Shown here piece after piece: positions 55,244 to 62,887 of a stretch of DNA of 64,000 nt. The DNA lies in IMG/VR virus record IMGVR_UViG_3300034161_000018, positions 128,001 to 192,000 of that record. One strand, written 5' to 3'. Both the position numbers and the translations under genes were made by a program. The DNA comes from a virus (lineage: Duplodnaviria > Caudoviricetes). Below the pieces are notes generated by a model, which was given only the letters and a program-made list of their open reading frames with translations, was not told where the DNA came from and did no database searches. Every line of letters begins with the position of its first letter. Position 1 is the stretch's first letter.

Positions 55244-56809
55244 ATGGCTAAAGCTACAGCAAAAGAAAAGGCGCCCGCTAAGAAAGCGGCTGCCAAAGAA
55301 AAGGCACCAGCGAAAAAAGCTGCGGCCAAAGAAGCCCCGGCCAAAGAGCCGAAGGTCAGCAAGGCAAAGGCTGCGAAAGAAGTAGTCGCCGAAGTTGAAC
55401 CGAAAAAGTTCTTCAACCCATACGCAAACATCGACGCCGAAATCGACGGCATGGAAAAGAAGTTCGGTCTGACTTCTATGTCCATTGCGGAAAAAGAAGA
55501 TCGGTTCGATACCGGCCTGTTGTGCTTGAACCTGCAAATGGCTGGCGGTCTGTTGGCCGGTGGCTGGTACACGTTCTTCGGCGGTGAACAATCGTGTAAA
55601 ACCACAACCGCAACTGCGGTACTCGGTTCGATTATTCGCCAAGTAAACTTTATCGGTCGTGCGGCATTCTTCGACTATGAAGGTTCGTTCTCTGCGGATT
55701 ACGCGGAAAGCATGTGGAAATATGCTGCGAACGGTCGCCCGCATACCGTGTCCGATGTTTTCGGTGTGAAAAACGAAGAAGGCGAGTGGATTGTTCCGCC
55801 ACGCATTCGTTACTACGCGCCTTCGGTCGGTGAAGATTTCTTCAACTACGTCGCCAAACTCGAAAAGACTTTGCCAGACGTTCTGTTGATCGACGGAAAC
55901 TTCTACTACATCTACGAAAACACGAAAGCGAACCAGAAGCTGACCAAGGGGCAATACGACAAAAAGTATTTCACCAAGTTCAACAAGTTCAAGGTTCCGG
56001 CGCCGCACGGACTGCCGCAAGCAATCGTTTTGACCGACTCCTATCCCGCAATGTTGCCGGGTCGGATGGACGACAAAGACGAAGGCACCGATGGTCTGGC
56101 TTCGCAAGCGCGTATGTTCTCGGAAGGGATCAAGCGCGTCAAAGGTGCAATGAAGCGGAAACGAATTGTGGTTTTGGGTATTAACCAACTCCGCAAAATT
56201 CCGATGGCAATGCACGGCCCGACCGAAGACGAACCTTGCGGCCAAGCGCTCAAGTTTTTCTCGGATGCGCGTTTCCGTATGACCTCCATTTCGATTCCGC
56301 ACGGCACCGTGAAGGGTTCGATGGAAGAAGAAGGTTCGCTTTCCGGCGAAGGCATCGACACTTACCGTTACATCCGCTGCAAAACTTTCAAGAACAAACT
56401 TGGCGGTGTGCAGGGCGCGACTTTCGATATGCGAATTCGCGTTGCGGACTCCAACGGGGAAGCGTCCGGGTTCTGCCGCGTTCACGACTGCTGGCAGTAT
56501 CTGAAAGCCACCGGTCAAATCAGCGGCCAGCGTAACAAAATCAAATTCGGCGAAAAGACTCCGTTCCCCGGAAAGGTTGTGTCTTGGCTGGAACTGAAAG
56601 CGCTGATCGACGGCGACAAAGAGCTTATCAAGAAAGGTTGCGCTAAACTCGCGCCGGGCAAAAAGCCTTTGCGCATTTACGAATGGTGCCGCGACCAAAT
56701 GGCTTCCGGAAAAGGCTACGCGCTGTATCTGGAAACCATCAAGAACAACAACACCAAGAAGAACGCAAAAGCTGCCGCTGGCGTTTCGGATGATTTGGAC
56801 GACGAATAA
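55244..56809 (+). CDS. recA: RecA/UvsX-like recombinase with H1-like N-tail
   Basis: DTG..LN..GG, variant Walker A GGEQSCKTT, TDSYPAM, ASQARMFS, INQLR, CGQALKFFSDARF. Confidence 0.9.
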   Translation: MAKATAKEKAPAKKAAAKEKAPAKKAAAKEAPAKEPKVSKAKAAKEVVAEVEPKKFFNPYANIDAEIDGMEKKFGLTSMSIAEKEDRFDTGLLCLNLQMAGGLLAGGWYTFFGGEQSCKTTTATAVLGSIIRQVNFIGRAAFFDYEGSFSADYAESMWKYAANGRPHTVSDVFGVKNEEGEWIVPPRIRYYAPSVGEDFFNYVAKLEKTLPDVLLIDGNFYYIYENTKANQKLTKGQYDKKYFTKFNKFKVPAPHGLPQAIVLTDSYPAMLPGRMDDKDEGTDGLASQARMFSEGIKRVKGAMKRKRIVVLGINQLRKIPMAMHGPTEDEPCGQALKFFSDARFRMTSISIPHGTVKGSMEEEGSLSGEGIDTYRYIRCKTFKNKLGGVQGATFDMRIRVADSNGEASGFCRVHDCWQYLKATGQISGQRNKIKFGEKTPFPGKVVSWLELKALIDGDKELIKKGCAKLAPGKKPLRIYEWCRDQMASGKGYALYLETIKNNNTKKNAKAAAGVSDDLDDE

Positions 56810-56955
56810 ACTTCCACTAGGCCGGAAGGGTGGGGGCTTCGGCCCCCGCTTTTCGTCTAAGTGCTTGATTTGCCTCGGGTTGCAGGGTGTGGTACAATAG
56901 CTGCGCCCAAGCGTCACCGACTGCAAGGCTTAACACTTACGACTTAGAGGAAGTT
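56809..56955 (+). promoter_or_regulatory. inverted-repeat-flanked sigma70 promoter cassette, copy 4 (upstream box interrupted by terminator)
   Basis: TTGCCT 56870-75, 17 bp, TGG-TACAAT 56893-98; direct box ACACTTACGACTTAGAGGAAGTT 56933-56955; inverted half-boxes 56809-56820 and 56855-56864. Confidence 0.8.
56830..56853 (+). terminator. Rho-independent terminator after recA
   Basis: GGGGGC-TTCG-GCCCCC-GCTTTT. Confidence 0.85.
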
Positions 56956-56958
56956 TGA

Positions 56959-57375
56959 ATGGAAACCGAACAGCCCCGAATCGAATACGCAATCTCCGAA
57001 TCCCACAAAGGCAAACTGGTTCAGATTCATTTGATCCGAATGCCGGAAGACCGGAAGCGTCACCCGTTGAAAAGTTTGAACGGGTTCCGTCGTCGCATGA
57101 CAAAAATGTTTGCAGCCTACAGCGACAAACAGAAGGGCACCGGGAAGTCGCCGTGGCCACCTCGGAGTTTTCAAATTCAGTTCATCGAAGACCGGGAAGC
57201 CGAACTGGAAGCGTTTGCGGAAACCCCGGAGTTGCGCGACGCTTTGTACAAGGCAGAAGCACCTGACCTCACGCACGAAAACATTTTCGATTTCTATTCC
57301 AGTATCGGATACGATCACAAGCGTAACCGATTTGATTCGCTAGGAGCAAAGAATGGCGAAGGCCAAGAAAGATAA
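56959..57375 (+). CDS. hypothetical protein
   Basis: GAGG SD lies inside the direct box. Confidence 0.7.
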   Translation: METEQPRIEYAISESHKGKLVQIHLIRMPEDRKRHPLKSLNGFRRRMTKMFAAYSDKQKGTGKSPWPPRSFQIQFIEDREAELEAFAETPELRDALYKAEAPDLTHENIFDFYSSIGYDHKRNRFDSLGAKNGEGQER

Positions 57376-58825
57376 AGGGCCGAAGTTAGGCCAAGAAGAA
57401 ATGGCGACGGGGATTGTCGGCGAAATTGTTGACACTCAAATCGAAGCGTTCACCGAAGGCGCGTTGACCGAATACGGTTCGCACGTTGTCGAAAACCGCG
57501 CCATTCCGGATTTCCGCGACGGACTGAAACCAGTTCACCGCGCAATTCTTTGGGCAATGTATGACCTGAACCTTTACCACAACAAGCCGTACAAAAAAGC
57601 GGCGCGAACTGTTGGTGACGTAATCGGTCGGTTTCACCCGCACGGCGACCTTTCCGCTTATGGCGCAATGGTCACAATTGCAAACACAAACATTCCGCTA
57701 GTCGATGGTTTCGGTGGCTGGGGCGATCACGTAGATGGCGCCGCTGCAATGCGATACACCGAAGCACGTCTCTCGAAATTCAGTGACCACTTCCTGCTTG
57801 ACCCGGAATACTTGGCCGTCGTTCCGAAAGTGAAAAACTTTTCTAACGACGCCGAGTGGCCGCGCTTCCTTCCCGCAAAACTTCCAGTCCAACTTTTGGT
57901 AGGCTCGCCAACGGTTCCCGCTTACGGAATCCGTGCGGGCAATCCGTCGTTTGGTTTGGAAGGTGTGGTGAAGCTGGTCAAGATGGCAATCAAGGGCAAG
58001 AAGATCACGCCCGAACTTTGCCACAAACATTTGCAAATCGAACTTCGCTGGGGCGGCAACTGCATCGCTTCCGACGAAGACATGATCGAGTTTTACCGGA
58101 CGGGTTACGGGAATCTGGAGTTTGAACCAGACCACGAACTGAACTACGCGAAGAAAGAATTCCGAATCCTTTCGACCAGTCCGGGCCGATTCAGTTCGGC
58201 TACAACAATCAGTTCGGCGCTCGGCAAGATTGCGGAACTGAAAGGCGTTAAATGGGTTGGCGACCGAAGCGCTGCCGGTGTTGGTAAATACAACATCTGC
58301 TACGCCGCGACATTCAGCCGCGTGAACGAAGACGAAATGTATGAACTCGGAAAAGAGATCATGAAAATCGTTTCCGGTCGCGGCCCGTATGAACTCGGCT
58401 GGACTCACCGTAAAGCGGACGACACTTCTTTCGCGCAAGGTGGCTTCGACCAGTTCATTACCATCTGGACGAAATACCGCGTTTCGCTGGAACTGGCAGT
58501 AATCAAAAACCGAATCAAGGTTGAGAACAAAAACCTTGCGCGGCAAGAACTGCTGGAATGGGCGGTGAAGAATCGCGAACTAATCTTTGAAGCTGTCCGC
58601 AGCAAAAAGGTTCACCCGGTTCAAGCACTGATGAAGTCCGGAAAGGTTGACGAAGAATTTGCGACCGAAGCCCTTGGCCTGCAAATCCTCCGATTGGCTG
58701 GACTCGACCTCTCCAAAATCAGAGAGAAACAAAAGGAGATTCAACAAATCATCAAAGACCTCAAAGCCGATTTGAAAGACCCAACGGATCGACTGGTTGC
58801 CCAACTGGACGCAATCAAACTTTGA
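57353..58825 (+). CDS. gyrA: type IIA topoisomerase A subunit lacking the C-terminal beta-pinwheel
   Basis: RAIPDFRDGLKPVHRAIL, FHPHGD, AAAMRYTEARL (catalytic Tyr); only 490 aa. Confidence 0.93.
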   Translation: MAKAKKDKGPKLGQEEMATGIVGEIVDTQIEAFTEGALTEYGSHVVENRAIPDFRDGLKPVHRAILWAMYDLNLYHNKPYKKAARTVGDVIGRFHPHGDLSAYGAMVTIANTNIPLVDGFGGWGDHVDGAAAMRYTEARLSKFSDHFLLDPEYLAVVPKVKNFSNDAEWPRFLPAKLPVQLLVGSPTVPAYGIRAGNPSFGLEGVVKLVKMAIKGKKITPELCHKHLQIELRWGGNCIASDEDMIEFYRTGYGNLEFEPDHELNYAKKEFRILSTSPGRFSSATTISSALGKIAELKGVKWVGDRSAAGVGKYNICYAATFSRVNEDEMYELGKEIMKIVSGRGPYELGWTHRKADDTSFAQGGFDQFITIWTKYRVSLELAVIKNRIKVENKNLARQELLEWAVKNRELIFEAVRSKKVHPVQALMKSGKVDEEFATEALGLQILRLAGLDLSKIREKQKEIQQIIKDLKADLKDPTDRLVAQLDAIKL

Positions 58826-58959
58826 CGGAACACGGTGGGGCCGGGATTTGGAACTGGAAAAGACGGGCGCGGGAATTGCGACTCGCGGTCAATAATTTCT
58901 CAGAACCACGCTGTATTTGCAGCACCCCGGCACCGCCGACCAAATAAAGAGGGACTATT

Positions 58960-60123
58960 GTGTTTGACCAATTGTTTGAAGTATTGGGCACGCTCGAAAG
59001 CGGGCTTGCAGACAAGACCCTTAAAAGTCCACGTCAAATCAAATCGTTGCTGACTTCGGCTATCAACCAAATCACAACGATGGTGCAAAACGGCGTCACG
59101 GTTCCAAAAGGTTCGCGTTCTTCGCTGAACACTTTGCGCCGCGTAATGTCGGATTGCCTTTCTGGCCTGAATACCGGAAACCTTTCGTATCCGGAACTGC
59201 GCCGCGTTTCCCGCGACAAGATCGGTCGTGAACACGCGCTGCTGAAACGTCTGGAAGTTGCAGACAAAAAGATGCCGTCCACTTTGGAGTTTGAAGACGA
59301 CGACACGGAACCAATGGCCGCGTCTGCTGTTGTGAAAGCCAAGATCAAGGAACTAGCCGCCGCACTGGCCGCTCGCTACGTGGTAAACATTAACCTCAGT
59401 GGTCAAGCTGCCGTAAAAATGATTCGCACCTGTGGCGAACTGACCGAAGTTCTGGAAAACAAACTGTCGCGCATGAGCGACCGTGACGTTAAAAAGATCG
59501 ACGCAGTAAATCTGGTCGCGACTCACACGCTGGAAGAACTTTCGGAAATGCCCCCGGAAGAACTGATTAAAAACCACGGTGAATCCGATGAACTGAAAGC
59601 ACTGGTCGCCAGCTACTCGAAGATTATGTCGAAGCTGCCTTCCACAATGCACAGTTCGTTTCAGGCTTTCGAGTTTGTGGTTGTGCCTTTGTTTAGCGCT
59701 TTGCAAACTGCGAACGGTGCGGCCCGCGCCAAGTTCCTGAATGCGATGCAGCGCGCCGGAATCAAGGTACGAATGATCGGGGATCACTACCCGGTTTTTG
59801 AAAAGCAATACCTGCTCGCGCTGGACTGCAAACGTTTGGGTATCCCGAAAGGTTTGAAGACCACCAAGGCGGGCAAGACCAAAACTGTAAACAACTCCAA
59901 GGCAGACAATGGGCCTGATACGATTGTTGGCGGTGTCCTCGACACAATCAATTCCGTATCCCCAATCAAATATGTTCCGGCCTCGACTCAATTGATTTCC
60001 AACCCACGTAATCCAGACGTTAAGCTGATGTGGATCGTTCCGGAAAATGTTCGGATCGCAATTCACAACGCGCTGCATACGTCCGAAGTGACGTGGGGGC
60101 TTCCGGCAGATATTGAGGCATGA
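58960..60123 (+). CDS. hypothetical protein
   Basis: GAGGG SD before GTG; 387 aa. Confidence 0.75.
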   Translation: MFDQLFEVLGTLESGLADKTLKSPRQIKSLLTSAINQITTMVQNGVTVPKGSRSSLNTLRRVMSDCLSGLNTGNLSYPELRRVSRDKIGREHALLKRLEVADKKMPSTLEFEDDDTEPMAASAVVKAKIKELAAALAARYVVNINLSGQAAVKMIRTCGELTEVLENKLSRMSDRDVKKIDAVNLVATHTLEELSEMPPEELIKNHGESDELKALVASYSKIMSKLPSTMHSSFQAFEFVVVPLFSALQTANGAARAKFLNAMQRAGIKVRMIGDHYPVFEKQYLLALDCKRLGIPKGLKTTKAGKTKTVNNSKADNGPDTIVGGVLDTINSVSPIKYVPASTQLISNPRNPDVKLMWIVPENVRIAIHNALHTSEVTWGLPADIEA

Positions 60124-60626
60124 AAAAGTACAAAGAAGGTAGTTGCACGATTTGCGAACAGCACTTCACTCTCCTTCATTGGCACCATACTGTCCCGCAA
60201 GCTTTGGGGGGAAAAGACAGTATGCAAATACCTCTGTGTTCGCAATGTCACAATTTGTTGCACGCGAATTCAGAGGCCGTTGTAGCGGCGCGCCGGGGAG
60301 GCAAAGCCAATACACGTACCTTCTGGAAAAACACCAGAGAAGAATCAAATGCGCAACCTTGGTTAGAAATCTTGGTAGACGCAATCGAAAACGCAGCTTC
60401 TGTAGTGGGGAAAAACTACATGATGCGTTTCGAGGCGCCAGCGCATTTGCATCGAGCACTGCAACTGTTCAAGATGGACAGTGGTGTCACCTCCTTGGAT
60501 CGGGCGGTGATACTCGCAATCAGTGAAACTTTAAGGGCTAAGGGCTACCTCAATGACAACAGTACAGAAGAACATCAACGCAAAAGTTCGGGCAACACTC
60601 AAACACCAAAAACCCCTTTGTGGTGA
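60120..60626 (+). CDS. HNH endonuclease with possible C-terminal ribbon-helix-helix domain
   Basis: CTIC...HWHH..P...GG.D....LCSQCHNLLH. Confidence 0.8.
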   Translation: MKKYKEGSCTICEQHFTLLHWHHTVPQALGGKDSMQIPLCSQCHNLLHANSEAVVAARRGGKANTRTFWKNTREESNAQPWLEILVDAIENAASVVGKNYMMRFEAPAHLHRALQLFKMDSGVTSLDRAVILAISETLRAKGYLNDNSTEEHQRKSSGNTQTPKTPLW

Positions 60627-61410
60627 TTGCTCAGGCTTCAAAGATGAACGACTGTTGGAAAACTGCAAAAGTGTTTGCGGTAAAGCTGACAAGATTACAA
60701 CATCCGAAGCGTGCCCGTCGTTCGCACCTGCCGTTCGACAACTCTCGGAAATTTCGCAGAAACGTTCATTCGAGCCAATGGTCGATATGATTGCGGAATT
60801 GCCCGACGACTCCCTTCGCGTTCTGGCTTCCATCCTCTACAACGAAAAGCGCACACGGAAAAACGGCTTCTTCTTCGGCCAAAAAGTTTACGTGCGTTAT
60901 CGCGGGGCCAATACGTCGAACTACCTTTCCAATTTCATGATCGCCCACGTCATGTACGTGAGCAACGAGCACTACCGTCTCATGTCTATGGATGGCCGGT
61001 GCGTTCTGACTTTTGGAATCCAGTGCAAGCCAAACATTTTCACCGTCGATCAGTTCGCAGACTTGCGGGCCAAGATGCTGAAAAAGAATAAGCTAGTCGA
61101 TCCTGACGTTGAGCGTCTTCTGTCCAAACGGTTCCAAGCCGAGGAAGAACACGAACTCAATCTCACGAAAGAAAGCGCCATTGGCAACGTCACCACAATC
61201 GACAAAGTGTTCAAGGAAAACGGCGTGCGCCGGTCGAAGAAAAAGACCACGACGCTCATTGACCTTGTTGCGAGTGCCGCAAGCGGTTACGACGTTTCCA
61301 AACAAGCTGGCAAATACGACCCCGAGGTTGAGCGCAACAAAGGAAAAGGCAAGTCAGAAAAATCTGGCGGCGATATTATCTTTTCCGTTGGCGCTGGCTC
61401 GGAGCTTTAA
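60553..61410 (+). CDS. hypothetical protein with N-terminal Cys cluster
   Basis: AAGGG SD; LCGDCSGF...C...C...C. Confidence 0.7.
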   Translation: MTTVQKNINAKVRATLKHQKPLCGDCSGFKDERLLENCKSVCGKADKITTSEACPSFAPAVRQLSEISQKRSFEPMVDMIAELPDDSLRVLASILYNEKRTRKNGFFFGQKVYVRYRGANTSNYLSNFMIAHVMYVSNEHYRLMSMDGRCVLTFGIQCKPNIFTVDQFADLRAKMLKKNKLVDPDVERLLSKRFQAEEEHELNLTKESAIGNVTTIDKVFKENGVRRSKKKTTTLIDLVASAASGYDVSKQAGKYDPEVERNKGKGKSEKSGGDIIFSVGAGSEL

Positions 61411-61415
61411 AGGCG

Positions 61416-62540
61416 ATGGGACTTTCAGACCTAATCCGCGACGGACTCAAACATGACCCCGATTCAACAGAGGGGCGGTACGTCGCAGAAATTTGTGTGA
61501 AGTATGTGACTGGCGTTATCGACGCCTACGCTTTCCAACGCGACATTAAACGGGTGGACATTACTCAATCGAGTTTCAGCGGTCAAAAGTTTCGGCTGGA
61601 ACTGACAAAGAAGGCGTACTACCTTCTGAACCTGAAATACGCGGCGCTGAACCTGACCCTGAATGCGGTCAACGTGAAAATGTTAGAAACCCTTCACAAA
61701 GGTTTTGGCATTACGTTGCCCGACGTGCTGTTGTTGCGCACAATATTCAGTCGGCAGAAATTCCGTCGTGAAATGCGCGACAGTCCGCGTATGAATGGGA
61801 TCGACAAAAAGGCAATCGGCCCGCGTGACATGGAAAGAGTGCGCAGATTGTTTGCCACCTTCCAAGCGCCGGTAATGAAACACATCCGGAACAAGACGTA
61901 CAAGAAATTGCGGTTCGTGGCAAACTCGGAAAACTCCGAACACCGCGACCTGCACAGCGAGATTATGACGAAGGCACTGACCGTTTATTACGGAATGATG
62001 CCGACCACAAAGTCGGAAGCCCACGTCCTAAACTATTTGCGCCTGACCTGCACCAACCACGTTCTAAACATTATCGACTCCGCGACCACGGAGAAAAAAG
62101 GTCGGTTGAAGAACACCGGGAAAGACGGCTACGGCGGTTCAAACTATGAACTGAAAGTCGTTTCTGAAAACCAGCAATCCGTCGCTGGTGATGACATGGA
62201 GCCGACAGAGTTTGCCGGAACCATGAACGACAACAACCGATCCGACGCCACGAAACTGGAATCGGAAATAGTTGTGAGTCGTCTGCTGAACAAGTACAAA
62301 GGTCGGAAAAGGGCCGCGCTGAATATTCTGTGCGGCAACTACGATCAGAAGTTTACAAAGTGGCTTCTTGCACGGGGCCGAATCAAGGATGGTGAAGATC
62401 ACCAAGACTTGCAACAGCGAGTCGTTCACACAACCTTTATCGGTTTGCTGGCGGATTTCCTTGGCGTGTTGCGGGCAAGCTTTGAAAAGTTTGTCGCGCA
62501 CGTCGGTCGGAACTTGAAGTCTCACTTGGAACTTGCCTAA
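61416..62540 (+). CDS. hypothetical protein, divergent sigma-factor region-2-like
   Basis: HRDLHSEIMTKALTVY...NYLRLTCTNHVLNII resembles ECF sigma region 2. Confidence 0.5.
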   Translation: MGLSDLIRDGLKHDPDSTEGRYVAEICVKYVTGVIDAYAFQRDIKRVDITQSSFSGQKFRLELTKKAYYLLNLKYAALNLTLNAVNVKMLETLHKGFGITLPDVLLLRTIFSRQKFRREMRDSPRMNGIDKKAIGPRDMERVRRLFATFQAPVMKHIRNKTYKKLRFVANSENSEHRDLHSEIMTKALTVYYGMMPTTKSEAHVLNYLRLTCTNHVLNIIDSATTEKKGRLKNTGKDGYGGSNYELKVVSENQQSVAGDDMEPTEFAGTMNDNNRSDATKLESEIVVSRLLNKYKGRKRAALNILCGNYDQKFTKWLLARGRIKDGEDHQDLQQRVVHTTFIGLLADFLGVLRASFEKFVAHVGRNLKSHLELA

Positions 62541-62884
62541 TGAAAAACCTTGAAGCACTTGCATTTGATTTGTGGCGGGATGATGCCAATGACTCTTTCA
62601 AGCGTCTGATGATGCTTGAGGTTCACCGATTGGCGGCAGCAAAGCACAATCAATCGGCCTCGAAAGTTTACTTCGAGCTTCGGAAGCAATACCCAAATGT
62701 TTCTGAAACGAATTTCAGCGACGCAGTTGCAGCACTCAAACAGTTTGACGCGATTGGGTACTACCCGATTAAAGGCGCGAAGGGAAATCACTTCCACCTG
62801 AATGCGGCACGCTCTGAGAAGTGGACGCAATACCAAACCTACGTCGCAGAAAACTTTCCTCACCTCTGCCAAAGAGCCAGTTAA
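62540..62884 (+). CDS. hypothetical protein (possible wHTH)
   Basis: TAATG overlap; 114 aa. Confidence 0.7.
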   Translation: MKNLEALAFDLWRDDANDSFKRLMMLEVHRLAAAKHNQSASKVYFELRKQYPNVSETNFSDAVAALKQFDAIGYYPIKGAKGNHFHLNAARSEKWTQYQTYVAENFPHLCQRAS

Positions 62885-62887
62885 CTT

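Noticed and set aside
32984-56955. 23-bp boxes as CRISPR repeats or attachment sites
   Set aside because: They are dispersed over 24 kb, always paired around promoters, have no spacers, and no integrase is in the window.
58822-59053. Possible 41-aa TTG-start ORF (58822-58947), an interrupted GC stem, and an in-frame 75-codon extension after the gyrA TGA
   Set aside because: No SD, the extension does not resemble a GyrA CTD, and the stem is weak and not tRNA-like.
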